Assembly (NCBI GenBank): GCA_040880365.1
Contig: JBBDIO010000059.1
Coordinates: 1 to 43,826 of the forward strand
DNA length: 43,826 bases
Direction of reading: 5' to 3'
Source: Litorilinea sp.
Lineage (GTDB): Bacteria; Chloroflexota; Anaerolineae; Caldilineales; Caldilineaceae
Each line of letters starts with the position of its first letter. Within the stretch, counting starts at the first letter, position 1. A program made the translations under genes and the position numbers. This document shows, in pieces, positions 24,099 to 34,800 of this stretch. The notes beneath the pieces were generated by a model, which searched no databases, had not been told where the DNA came from, and saw nothing but the letters and a program-made list of their open reading frames with translations.

Positions 24099-26825
24099 AT
24101 GAAAATAGAAAATATTATGATGGATTATACAGCCGTCTTTCAAGCCTACTCCGATCCCGCCACCCTCATCGATCCATCGGGTCTGATTCTGGATATCAAT
24201 CAAGCATTTATCGACTATGCTCATGAATCGGGCGTTGCGCTGACGCGCGCCGACCGCGTGGGAAAAAATGTCTTCGATTTTAGCGACGCGGACGGCAGCG
24301 AACGCCTGCGCACCCTGATCGAAGAAACCGTGCAATATGGGCACGGCACCTACTATCAACGCCGCCGACAACGGGGCAACGAGCCGCTGGTGTTAATAGA
24401 AGTCAACGGCCATGCCATCTACGAACAGGCCATCTATGAACCTGATATGGCTGCACGCCCCGACAGCAACGAATTACCCGACTCCAAAGCCGCCGATCCG
24501 CAAATCAGCACAGTGATGGATGCAGAGACGGGTGCAGAGACAAGTGCAGAAGATGGCGCAGAAAGCAGCCACACCCAGGGCAAAATCCGGGGCATCCTGC
24601 TTTTGCGGCGGTTGGTCACAGAACAGGCATTGGAAGAAACGCGCCGGCGGGTGATGGGTCGGCTGCGCGATGCAATCTGGGCCATGACCCACAGCAACGA
24701 CATGCGCCTGGTGATGATCAATGTGCGCAAGGGGTTACGTGAATTGGCAGTGCCCTTTCGTGCCTTCAGCGTGAACATGGTGGATGAAAGCTACGATCCG
24801 CCCCATGTTATTTTCTATTTCGACCGCGGCGACGCCAGTAGCCAGATATTCGCCGAGCAGGATGACCCCGACGTGCCCATCCTGCTGGAGATCTGGCGCA
24901 AACAGGCGGTCGCCTATCGGCCAGATCTGCAAACCGAAGATCGCTATAACGAACGCTCCAATATCAATGCCATTTCGGGAGCTTTCTCCATTCGTTCGGT
25001 GCTGGATGTGCCATTCTCCTTTGGTACGCTGGCGATCAACAGCGAAAAGCCCCATGCGTTCGACAAAATTGATGTCGATTTTCTACGCGAGATGGCAAGC
25101 ACCCTGGACGAAGGGTTTCGTCGGCGTCTGGACTTGTTGCGCCTGGAAATGGCAGTCGAACGCGCCAACGAACTGGCGCAACATGCCGAAAGCGCCAACA
25201 TTGCCAAAAGCCGCTTTTTAGCCAACATGAGCCACGAAATTCGTACCCCCATGAATGGGGTAATCGGAATGGCCGCGCTGCTTCTGGATACCGGGCTGAC
25301 CACCGCACAACGCGAATATGTGGAGATCATGCGGCGCAGCGGTGAACATCTGCTCGCGGTCATCGATGATATTCTCGACTTTTCCAAAATCGAAGCCGAC
25401 CGGCTAGAACTGGATCGGGTGGCGTTTGATCCTGCCGAAGTGCTGGAAACAGTCTGCGACAGTTTGGCCGCCACCGCTCAAAACAAGGGGCTGGAGCTGG
25501 CCTATGTGGCAACCCAGCGCGTTGTGCGCCGCTTTACAGGCGACCCCAGCCGTCTGCGCCAGATTCTCCTCAATCTGGTGGGCAATGCCATTAAATTCAC
25601 CGAAGAAGGCGAAGTCGTCGTTGAAGCCACCATTGAGAACGAGACCCAGACCGGGGATGAGACCCAGATCGAGGCCGCGGTCCAGATGCGGTTTAGTGTG
25701 CGCGACACCGGCGTAGGCATCGATCCCAGCCGGTTTGAAGTGCTATTTCAACCCTTCACCCAGGCCGATTCTTCCAGCAGCCGGCGGTTTGGGGGTACGG
25801 GTCTGGGGCTGGTCATTTCCAAAAAGCTGGTCGAATTGATGGGCGGCGAAATCGGAGTCGAGAACAACGACCAGGGGGGCACCACCTTCTGGTTCACCGC
25901 GTGCTTTGGGCGCGCCGAAGAGCCGGGCGAATTGATTGACGCAAATGCCTCTGCCAATCTGCGCGGGCGCCGGATATTGGTAGCCGACGACAGCCCGGCC
26001 GCGCGTGCGGCGGCGGCGGCCCATCTGACGCGCTGGCAGTGCCAGTTCACCCTGGTCGATAACGCCGCCGACGCGCTGGCCCATCTGCATCGCGCCGTGC
26101 GCGCCCGCGCGCCCTACGATGCCGCCATTGTGGAATACGATCTGCGCCACGCATCGGGCGCCGAGCTTGCCAAGCTCATCTACATCGACCCCACGCTCAA
26201 GGCAACCGCGCTGGTGGTGATGACAGTCATCACCGACCGCATCGAACGCTCGCGGCTCTTTAGCGCAGGCTATGCACACATCCTTGCCAAGCCCGTCAAA
26301 CGGGTAGAATTTCGGCGACGTCTCCAGGCCGCCTTGCATCTGGAGACCGGCAGTTCCGGCGTGCCCCTCGCGCCGCCGCCCGTCCCCGCGCAAACACTCC
26401 AATCGCCCCCCGCGCTGGCGGCGCCCCCGCCCATACACCATGCAGTCGCGCGGGTTTTGCTGGTCGAAGACAATCTGGTCAATCAACGCGTCGGCCTGGC
26501 TATGCTCAAAAAGCTGGGCTATCACGCCGATACGGCCGGCAACGGGCGCGAAGCAGTGACCGCGCTGGAAGCCGAAGACTATGATGCTGTGCTTATGGAT
26601 ATTCAGATGCCCGAAATGGATGGGTTTGAAGCCACCGGCGTGATTCGCGATACAAACTCCGACGTGCGCAATCACAGCATTCCCATCATCGCCATGACCG
26701 CCCATGCCCTGGAAAGCGATCGCACGGCGTGTCTGGCCGCGGGCATGAATGATTTTGTCTCCAAACCCGTTCGACCCCAGGAACTGGCGGCAGTCCTCGA
26801 ACGCTGGTTGGAACCGCGGCCCTAG
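24099..26825 (+). CDS. hybrid sensor histidine kinase/response regulator (PAS-GAF-HisKA-HATPase-REC-like-REC)
   Basis: H-box [10 protein letters not shown] (His codon 25233-25235). N, G1 and G2 boxes: LLNLVGNAIKFT, DTGVGI, GGTGLGL. C-terminal receiver: LLVEDNLVNQRV...[14 protein letters not shown]...IIAMTAHA...SKPV. An upstream receiver-like domain (ILVADDS...) appears diverged. Confidence 0.9.
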   Translation: MKIENIMMDYTAVFQAYSDPATLIDPSGLILDINQAFIDYAHESGVALTRADRVGKNVFDFSDADGSERLRTLIEETVQYGHGTYYQRRRQRGNEPLVLIEVNGHAIYEQAIYEPDMAARPDSNELPDSKAADPQISTVMDAETGAETSAEDGAESSHTQGKIRGILLLRRLVTEQALEETRRRVMGRLRDAIWAMTHSNDMRLVMINVRKGLRELAVPFRAFSVNMVDESYDPPHVIFYFDRGDASSQIFAEQDDPDVPILLEIWRKQAVAYRPDLQTEDRYNERSNINAISGAFSIRSVLDVPFSFGTLAINSEKPHAFDKIDVDFLREMASTLDEGFRRRLDLLRLEMAVERANELAQHAESANIAKSRFLANMSHEIRTPMNGVIGMAALLLDTGLTTAQREYVEIMRRSGEHLLAVIDDILDFSKIEADRLELDRVAFDPAEVLETVCDSLAATAQNKGLELAYVATQRVVRRFTGDPSRLRQILLNLVGNAIKFTEEGEVVVEATIENETQTGDETQIEAAVQMRFSVRDTGVGIDPSRFEVLFQPFTQADSSSSRRFGGTGLGLVISKKLVELMGGEIGVENNDQGGTTFWFTACFGRAEEPGELIDANASANLRGRRILVADDSPAARAAAAAHLTRWQCQFTLVDNAADALAHLHRAVRARAPYDAAIVEYDLRHASGAELAKLIYIDPTLKATALVVMTVITDRIERSRLFSAGYAHILAKPVKRVEFRRRLQAALHLETGSSGVPLAPPPVPAQTLQSPPALAAPPPIHHAVARVLLVEDNLVNQRVGLAMLKKLGYHADTAGNGREAVTALEAEDYDAVLMDIQMPEMDGFEATGVIRDTNSDVRNHSIPIIAMTAHALESDRTACLAAGMNDFVSKPVRPQELAAVLERWLEPRP

Positions 26826-26959
26826 CCCAGAATACGGAAGGGAAAGACAGGCAGCCACTCGCCTGTAGAAGTGCCCACGGACTGACTTGTCCACAAAAAT
26901 CGGGGTCCTGCTCCGAAAATTGCCTGGCTTGTATCGCGCCCCACTTACAAAATGCCCCC

Positions 26960-26988
26960 TATACAAGCGCACAAAAGCGCAGTATAAT
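26960..26988 (+). promoter_or_regulatory. candidate promoter (TATACA - 17 nt - TATAAT)
   Basis: A perfect -10 TATAAT lies at 26983-26988 and a 4/6 -35 at 26960-26965. It is ~270 nt upstream of the large secreted protein gene. Confidence 0.3.
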
Positions 26989-27258
26989 CGCGCCCAGGAC
27001 ACAGTTAACCTGTGTATCCGCGCATACCGCCCACAGCGCCAGACCCGATCCGGCTGGTCAAACGAACTGATCGCTTACCAACCGGCAACGCAGCACAGGT
27101 TGCCGTCTATCTTTGCGTCCATCAATTCCATTCTGCAGACAGGGATTCAGTTGACACGGTGCCTACGCAGCCCGATGGACATAATTCCTTTGACGATTTC
27201 TTTAACGATTCCGGCAATTTTATAACGCTCAGGTTCGATCCTCTGGGGGAGGCAAGTG

Positions 27259-30200
27259 ATGGCAAGACGGGTGATTCACACACTATTACTTCTGCTCATG
27301 TTGTGGATTGGCGCAGTCTCTACCGCGCAAACGGCGCGCGCAGAGACCGACGCTACCTATCAAACACCGCAAACCGTAGTCAACGAACAGCTTAACGAGT
27401 GGACACTCTCTTCGGGGATGCTCTATTGGGCCTACCGCTGCTACGGCGGCGTGGAGTTTTCGTGGCCGGGCTTTCTCCGGCGCAAGCCCGTCAATGGCAC
27501 CACCATCCGCACCCTGTCGACCACCACAGCGGCGGATTGTGTCACATTTCTGAACATGAACGCCGATGCCGAGGGTCTTTATTACTATAATGCGGCTGCC
27601 GTGGGCGATGTCGTGCGGGGGATTTATTTCCGACCTTCGGGCGATCCCTACGATCCGCCCATCCTGCTCTATGCCACAGGCTCCGATTTTCCGAGTTCGG
27701 GGTCGCGCCTCTTCCCCGCGGGCGAGTGGGTCTATTGGATCACCGGCACCGAGATTCGGCGAGTGAACAAAGACGGCGGCGGCGGCATTCAAATCGCGGC
27801 CAACACCGCAGCCAATCCCACGGATATTCTGGTGCTGGGATCGACGCTCTACTGGCTGGATGACGCGGGACTGCGCAGCGCATCTGTTACGTGCGACGTC
27901 CTGCCCTGTCCTGTCACGCTCCTGGTGAATGACACGCGCGGCAACTATCTGCGCCTGGTGCCCGTTACCACCGGACTGATTATAAACCGGGGCACGCGCA
28001 TTATGTGGGTCGAGACTAATAGCGGCGACCAGAAAATTCGCAGCCTCGTCTGCTCATTTATCACGCCGGGCTGTTCTACCCGCACCATATACACCGTGCC
28101 CGAAGGCTCGCCCTGGGAAATCGGGCGATTCAGCAGCCACGGCGACCTCTTGTTCTTTGTAGAAGGCTTTGAAAATCAGAATCATCGTGTGCGCCGGGCA
28201 ACCATTTCCATAGATACAGATGAGGATGCCACCATCCAGGAATTGGGCGCCGGCGGCGCGGGGGCTGCCTTCACCGACAACGCCTGGGTCTATTACTATG
28301 ACGGCGACGCCCTAAATTCCTTCGCCAGCCCCGGGCTGAAACGCCTGCCCTTTGATACTGCTGCCATCACCCGCGATCTGGCGGCGGCGCAGATCGAAGT
28401 GACACAGGGGATCCAGAATCTGAACAACGCCGCGCCGCTGGCAGGTGATAAACCGACCTTTGTGCGGGCCTATGCCAATCACAATATGGGGCCATCGGCC
28501 AATGGCGTGGAAGCGCGTCTACATGCCACCCGCGGCGGTTCGCCCCTGCCCGGCTCGCCGTTGACGCCCCTCAACGGCACGCGCCCCCTGCAAACCGGCG
28601 CGCCCATCGACCGCACGCAAACCACCAACAACTGGCTATTCCAGCTCCCCGGCAGCTGGGACAATCCCGGCACCGTAGAGTTCCGGCTGGAGATCGACCC
28701 GCGCCAGCTCTATGACGACCCCAATCGCGACAACAACTCGCTGACACGCGCAGTCAGCTTTGCCAACAAAGCGCCGATCTGTCAGGTCTTTGTGCCGGTA
28801 CGCACCCATGCGCCCACGGCATCCACCGATCTTTCCATCTTCTGGCCTATGGTCGACATGACCAAACGCCTGTTGCCCACCTCGGATATCTGGGCCTATA
28901 AACAAAACAGCGACGTGGCCGAATTGCAGGTCTGCTGGAAAGGCCCCTTCCCCTATCCCTGCTTTGGGCCTTATGAAATCCCCGATGACGACTGGAAGAT
29001 CATGGCGAGCCTGTGGATTCGCGACCAGTTTTCAGACGATCCCGACGCGTGCGACGACGTCAACGCGCGCACCCACTACACGGGCCTCATGCACCCCAGC
29101 ACCAGCACAGGGGGGCTGAACGGCATGGCCGGCTTGGGGTTCGACCAGCTCTTTGTGCATATGCCGCCGCTCAGCGCCGCGCCTCTCGACTGGCGCAGCT
29201 CATCCCGCGTGGCGACGCTGGCCCATGAACTGGGCCACAACTATGACCGCAACCACATCAACTGCGGAGGACCGGCAGACCCGGATCTGGGCTATCCCTA
29301 CACCAATCCCAATTCCTGCCGCATCGACGACCGCCCACTGGACAATGTGGCGACCTATTTCGGCTTCGATCTGCAAGCCCGCCAGCCGATTCCACCCGCG
29401 TCGGGCGGAATCCGCGACCTCATGGCCTATGGCACGGTGCGCTGGCCCAGCGACTATACCTGGCGCGCCATCTTCAACGGCATCGATAACCGCACAGGCA
29501 TTGCCGGCGAAATCCTCAGCGAAGAGGTAGACACCAGCCCGACTGCGGCCCAGATTGCCGCCATCGACCTGGTTTCCAGCCACGGCACAGTGTTGATTAC
29601 CGGCGGCATTACCCCCACCCTGGAACAAGGCGAACTGGACTACGCCTGGGTGATCCCGCCCGGCGCGGCCAGCACGGGGATGCTGCGCAAGTGGCAACGC
29701 TTCGCAGCGGGCGGGATCTATGGGCAGGATGATAATACAGCCCTGGCCGCCGGTCTCCAGGCCGACGCCTACTTTGTGCGGCTCATCGGTGAAGGCGATG
29801 CAGTGCTGGGCGAACCGCACGAAGTGACGCTCTTCATTCTGGAGGATGCGGACAATGAGCGGGTCGCCTTTGGCGCGACTTTCCCCGCGCCCGAAGCAAC
29901 GGTGATCCGCGTGGAACTGCTGGCCGATGATACGGTGATTGCCACGCTGGCCCCCGGACCGGCGCAACCGCAGGTAGAAGTAAATCTGCCCGCGGGCGGC
30001 GAAATCATCGACGCCGGGCTGACCGTCTCCTGGACGGCAACCGATGCCAATGCCGAAGATGTGCTGAAATTCATGGTGCAATATAGCCACGACAGCGGCA
30101 CAAGCTGGCGCACGCTGGTTTCCAACTATGCCGCGCCCGCAGGCGACGAGACCGTGACCATCAGCCTCACCAATGTGCTGGACATTCCTGCCAGCAATGG

Positions 30201-31719
30201 CCCCAATGCCCTGATTCGGGTGCTCGCCAGCGATGGCTATAACACCGGGCTGGATGTATCGGCCCCGTTCACAGTGGTCAACCGCAAGCCCGAACCCTAC
30301 ATTATTGCCCCCACCGATGGCGCAGTCTACCCGGTGGATGAGGCGATTTTGTTGAACGGCGGCGGCTTCGATGTGGAAGACGGCGGGCTGCCCGATGCCG
30401 CGCTGGACTGGACGCTCACCGGGCCACAGGGCAACAGCGCACTGGGCACGGGCGCTAATCTCAACGTCTATGGCCTGACAACCGGCTTCTATACCGCCAC
30501 GCTGACCGCCGAAGACAGTGAAGGCGCGACGGACGCGACCGCGGCAGGCTTCCAGGTCGCGCCCATGCTGATCCCCAGCGGCGGCGCGCCCACCATCGAC
30601 GGGCTGTGTGAAGACAGCGTCTATGCCAACGCAGTACAGGTGCAGCTGGCGCCCTATGATGCAGAAAGCCAGGGAACTGTTCTGCTCACCCAGACCGGCA
30701 GCAGCCTCTACGCCTGTTTCGTGGGGCTGAAACAAGGCACATTCCAACTGCCGGATGACAATCCCAGCGCCATCAAGAGTTCGTTCGCCGGCGTGCGCAT
30801 CGACCCCAACCTGAGCCGCGAGGCCAGCGCCCAGAGCGATGACTATGGCTTCTTCATCGACTATGACGGCGGCATCTTCACCTATGCCGGTGATGGCGCC
30901 GGCGGCTTCGACCAGGCCGGTCCTGGGGGTCTGGTGGGGCAGCTCTTCGTGGGCGCGCAGACCTGGTCGGCAGAGCTGCAAATCAGTCTCGCCACGATTG
31001 GCGGGGCAGATCACCCGCTGGGCATCAAAGTCGGTCACTATTGGGTAGACGCACAGGGCAATGACTATGGCTGGCCCTATGCAGCAGGCTGGAATGCGCC
31101 CAACACATGGGCCGAAACCGCCGTGGGTGTGAAGCCTGTCATCACGGCCCATACGCCTATGTCTGCCACCATCCCCAGCGGGGATATTACGCTGGTTGTG
31201 CAAGGCACCGGCTTTGTAGATGGCGCGACAGTGCGCTGGGGCAACGTGGATCTCACCACTGCATTCAGCGCCACCACGTCGCTCACCGCCACCGTGCCCA
31301 ATGGGCTGCTGGCAACACCCGGCACGACCGCCATCACCGTACGCAATCCTGCCGGTGCGGGGCTGGTCTCCAATGCCGTCAGCTTCGTGCTCCTGGGGCC
31401 GGCGCCGGTCATCACCTCGCTCACCCCGCCCAATACCGGGGCCGAGGGAGAGACTCTCACGCTCCAGGTGAGTGGCGAGAACTTCATCCCCAACGCAACG
31501 GTCTACTGGAACGGCGAAGCGCGGCCGACACTCTTTATGAACAACAATCGGCTGGATGTGCAGGTGCCCGCGGCCGATCTGGAAATTGCTCAACTGGTAG
31601 GGGTAACGGTACTCAACCCCGAACCCGACGGCCAGGCGTCGAATACGCTGATCTTCACCATCGACCCGACCAATCCATCTAACCCGTTCATCTTCATTCC
31701 CAACGTGCAGCGCGACTAG
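27259..31719 (+). CDS. giant secreted protein: beta-propeller-like N-region, metzincin-like zinc motif, Ig-like/IPT-TIG repeats, FIFIPNVQRD tail
   Basis: GGAGG Shine-Dalgarno site at 27248-27252. The ATG at 27259 is preferred; a GTG at 27256 is also possible. Signal peptide LLLLLMLWIGAVSTAQTARA. Recurrent LYW/VYW/IMW blade-like motifs occur in residues ~50-350. HELGHNYDRNH lies at 29224-29256. Two IPT/TIG-like domains lie near the C-terminus (ITLVVQGTGF..., LTLQVSGENF...). Confidence 0.85.
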   Translation: MARRVIHTLLLLLMLWIGAVSTAQTARAETDATYQTPQTVVNEQLNEWTLSSGMLYWAYRCYGGVEFSWPGFLRRKPVNGTTIRTLSTTTAADCVTFLNMNADAEGLYYYNAAAVGDVVRGIYFRPSGDPYDPPILLYATGSDFPSSGSRLFPAGEWVYWITGTEIRRVNKDGGGGIQIAANTAANPTDILVLGSTLYWLDDAGLRSASVTCDVLPCPVTLLVNDTRGNYLRLVPVTTGLIINRGTRIMWVETNSGDQKIRSLVCSFITPGCSTRTIYTVPEGSPWEIGRFSSHGDLLFFVEGFENQNHRVRRATISIDTDEDATIQELGAGGAGAAFTDNAWVYYYDGDALNSFASPGLKRLPFDTAAITRDLAAAQIEVTQGIQNLNNAAPLAGDKPTFVRAYANHNMGPSANGVEARLHATRGGSPLPGSPLTPLNGTRPLQTGAPIDRTQTTNNWLFQLPGSWDNPGTVEFRLEIDPRQLYDDPNRDNNSLTRAVSFANKAPICQVFVPVRTHAPTASTDLSIFWPMVDMTKRLLPTSDIWAYKQNSDVAELQVCWKGPFPYPCFGPYEIPDDDWKIMASLWIRDQFSDDPDACDDVNARTHYTGLMHPSTSTGGLNGMAGLGFDQLFVHMPPLSAAPLDWRSSSRVATLAHELGHNYDRNHINCGGPADPDLGYPYTNPNSCRIDDRPLDNVATYFGFDLQARQPIPPASGGIRDLMAYGTVRWPSDYTWRAIFNGIDNRTGIAGEILSEEVDTSPTAAQIAAIDLVSSHGTVLITGGITPTLEQGELDYAWVIPPGAASTGMLRKWQRFAAGGIYGQDDNTALAAGLQADAYFVRLIGEGDAVLGEPHEVTLFILEDADNERVAFGATFPAPEATVIRVELLADDTVIATLAPGPAQPQVEVNLPAGGEIIDAGLTVSWTATDANAEDVLKFMVQYSHDSGTSWRTLVSNYAAPAGDETVTISLTNVLDIPASNGPNALIRVLASDGYNTGLDVSAPFTVVNRKPEPYIIAPTDGAVYPVDEAILLNGGGFDVEDGGLPDAALDWTLTGPQGNSALGTGANLNVYGLTTGFYTATLTAEDSEGATDATAAGFQVAPMLIPSGGAPTIDGLCEDSVYANAVQVQLAPYDAESQGTVLLTQTGSSLYACFVGLKQGTFQLPDDNPSAIKSSFAGVRIDPNLSREASAQSDDYGFFIDYDGGIFTYAGDGAGGFDQAGPGGLVGQLFVGAQTWSAELQISLATIGGADHPLGIKVGHYWVDAQGNDYGWPYAAGWNAPNTWAETAVGVKPVITAHTPMSATIPSGDITLVVQGTGFVDGATVRWGNVDLTTAFSATTSLTATVPNGLLATPGTTAITVRNPAGAGLVSNAVSFVLLGPAPVITSLTPPNTGAEGETLTLQVSGENFIPNATVYWNGEARPTLFMNNNRLDVQVPAADLEIAQLVGVTVLNPEPDGQASNTLIFTIDPTNPSNPFIFIPNVQRD

Positions 31720-31738
31720 ACAGGCACGCACAGCTATC

Positions 31739-31768
31739 GCCGCCGTGTTCACCTTTGAACACGGCGGC
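31739..31768. terminator. perfect 13-bp hairpin between convergent genes (no U-tract)
   Basis: gccgccgtgttca (31739-31751) pairs with tgaacacggcggc (31756-31768) around a 4-nt loop. Confidence 0.45.
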
Positions 31769-31773
31769 TATGG

Positions 31774-31809
31774 CTCTATCTGTGGTTCTATCTGTGGTTC
31801 TATCTGGAT
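31774..31809. repeat. 12-bp x3 tandem repeat (YTCTATCTGTGG)
   Basis: Units: 31774-31785 ctctatctgtgg, 31786-31797 ttctatctgtgg, 31798-31809 ttctatctggat. Confidence 0.9.
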
Positions 31810-31815
31810 CAGAAT

Positions 31816-34800
31816 CTAGAACAGAGAAAGTTGTTGGCCCTCTGCCCTGGATTGAATCATCGGGCGGGGGGCCATTTGTTGCACGGCCTTGAGCGCGGCT
31901 TCAATATCGTCTACAAAGCGCGAGAGGTGGGGTTCTGTGGTGCGCCCAAACAGGCGACGGCGGCGGGCGTGGGTCAGAATCAAACGCGCCTGGGCACGCG
32001 TCATGCCCACATAGAACAGCCGTCGCTCCTCCTCAATGGCAGCATCTGAAACTGCCATATCTGCCTCAATCGTGCCATCTTCTGCCCGTGCATCCTCTGT
32101 AGTGCCCTCTGGCGCGACAGGTGCAGTTGCCGCGCGGGCAGCAGAGACAGGCGGGACATAGGGCAGCAAGCCCTCCTCGCACCCGGCCAGAAAGACTACG
32201 GGAAATTCCAGACCCTTGGCCGCGTGCAGCGTCATCAGCGTCACCCGGTCGGCGCGGGGATCATAGCCATCGGCAGGCCGCGTCAGGGCCAGCGCCTCTA
32301 AAAAGGCCGCCCACTGCGCGCCAAAAGACTGGGCGCGCGCGTGCAAGTCAGCAAAACGCGTGGCGTGCAGCGGCGGAAAATGCCCAGCGTGTTCGGACAG
32401 AAAGGCCCCCAGACGCGTTAGCGCACTTTGCACAGGGGCAGCAGACAGCGCCTCCCCGTCGGCGGGAGCGAGCAGCGTGGGCCAAAAGCGGGCCAGCAAT
32501 TGGGCGCGCGTGCTCAATTCTGCCGCCGCCCTGCCATCCTGCGCCACAGCGCTATCGCCCGCGGCCAAATCCGTTACCAATTGCTGCAACACCTGCCCAG
32601 CATCACACGCTGTGGCATCACACGCCGCGGGATCACAGTCTGCGGGCAGATGGGCATCCAGCCAGGTTGACAGGTCGCGCTGGAGTTGCGCCAGTTCGTG
32701 GGGCGCGGCATCCCAGGCCAGCAGCCGCAAGAGGGCAACGTGGGTGGTGGGCGTCTGTGCCCATTGCAACGCGGCGATCAGCCAGCGCATATCGGCATGG
32801 GCATAGGGGGCAGGCCCGCCCACTACCTGATAGGGAATGCCCGAACGGTCCAGCGCTTCGACCAGCGGCGCGGCCTGGGCGTGCAGACGAAACAACACGG
32901 CGAAATCGCCAAATGTGCGCGGCGCATCTTCGGGGCTGGCGGCTACATTTGGGGCGTCCAAGAGCCTGTTCGCGTCGGGATTGCCACCCGCGCCGCCATC
33001 CACGCGCCCCGAATCCAGCGAAAAATGGCTGATGCCGCCCACCATCTGTTCGATGCGATGCACGATAGACTCGGCTTCGGCGCGGTCGGTGGCAGCAGCA
33101 CAGACATCCAACTGCACCATTTCGGCAAAGTCGGACCAGAGTTCCACGGCCATGCGGTCAGGGTTTTTGGCGATGACCTGGCGCGCCGCGGTGAGCAGCG
33201 ATTGGGGCGACCGATAGTTGCGCTGGAGTGTAAAAATGGTGGCATTGGGAAAATCTTCGGCGAAGGCGAAAAAGTGGCGATAGTCGGCCCCGCGAAAGCC
33301 ATAGATGGCCTGATCCGGGTCGCCAATCGCACAAATATTCGTGGCAGGACCGACCAGTTGGCGCAGAAAACGCACCTGTGCCGCGTTCACATCCTGATAT
33401 TCATCCACCGAAATCCAGCGAAAGCGCGCCTGCACTGCCGCCCGCACCGCGGGCACTTCTTCCAGCAGACGCACACTCAACGCGATGAGGTCATCATAGT
33501 CTACCAGACTGTTGGCGCGCAGTTGCGCATCATAGGCGGCAAGCGTCTGGGCAAAATCGGCAAAATCGCCCTCATCTGGCCCAGACGCAGACGGGATTGC
33601 ATCTACATCCGGCAGATCCAACCGATTTTTGGCGTCGCTAATGCGATCACGCAGGCGGGCGCGGTCGCGCACGCCCAGGTCGGGTGTGGCCGCCGCCAGC
33701 AGCGCATCCTGGGTTTCCCCATCGGCAATGCCAAAGGTGGGCGACAGTTCGATGCCCAACGGTGCGAGCGCGTCGCCATAGTCGCGCAGAAGCCGTGCAC
33801 CCAGGGCGTGAAAGGTCTGCACCGTTAGGCGGCGGCCCACGGTGTCGCCCAGACGCGTACGGAGGCGCGTCGCCAGCTCTTCGGCGGCTTTGTTGGTGAA
33901 GGTAATCGCGAGAATAGATTCCGGGGCAGCCTGGCGCCCCTGCACCAGCCACGCAATGCGCGTGGTGAGGGTGTGCGTCTTGCCTGTGCCCGGTCCGGCG
34001 ACAATTAACAGCGGGCGGTCGGTACATTGCACCGCCGCGGCCTGTTCGGCGTTGAGCTGTGCCCACGGCGCGCGTTCGCCTTCGGGCGCGTCTTCACCAT
34101 TGCCCACCGGCCCACCCATCCGCACGCCCACCGGCGCAGGGGGCAGCGACGGCAGCGTTCCATCGTCAAACAGGGGCAGGGGTTGCCAGCCATCTGGATC
34201 GGCAAAAGTGGGTGGATCTGCAAGCGTGGGTGCGGGGGGCGGTGTGCCATTCACGGCAACCGCAGTTTCAGATTCAGAAGCGGGATCTGGCACAGGATCG
34301 GACACTGGCGCAGCTTCCTCGCCAAACAGGCCCAATTGAGGAATTGCGCTGTTCGCCAGGCCCAGTTCGGGGGCCAGAACTTTAATCGTGCCATATTCCC
34401 CATCATAGCCGCCTTGCACCAGCACATTGCCGGCGCGCATACGCGCAATGCCTTCGGCCAGGGGTTCGCCGCCCACCTGGGCAATCTCCGCCGTGGGCAC
34501 ATGGCGCAAAATCGCCAGCTCGGACCCCAGCAAAGCGAGCAGACGATGATAATCCTGTTGCACACGGCGGCTTTGGGGGCCGACGCCATGCACCTCGGAC
34601 AAAATTTCGGGCAGGGGGATCAGGCTGACAAAGGGATGCACGCGCGCCGGTTTGCCGCCCGGTGGCCGATCTGCCAGCCGTTCGACGCGATGAGAAACCC
34701 CCACCGTTACCGGCTTGCCGCACACAGGGCAAATGCCGCGCTGCGCCAGTGTTTCCAGCGGTGTCCACGCGATACCGCATTTGCGGTGGCCGTCGTGGTG

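Noticed and set aside
27229-27243. tRNA-like T-loop sequence GGTTCGATCC just upstream of the giant gene (a similar GGTTCGATTCC lies at about 16088-16098 inside an ATPase gene)
   Set aside because: The flanking bases cannot form a T-stem, an acceptor stem or an anticodon arm. The second occurrence is inside a well-supported CDS. It is a coincidental match.
29200-31752. 850-aa minus-strand ORF antisense to the giant secreted protein gene
   Set aside because: Its composition is low-complexity Gly/Arg/Ala-rich, it has no start context, and it lies fully inside a gene with recognisable signal peptide, HExxH and IPT/TIG features. It is a shadow ORF.
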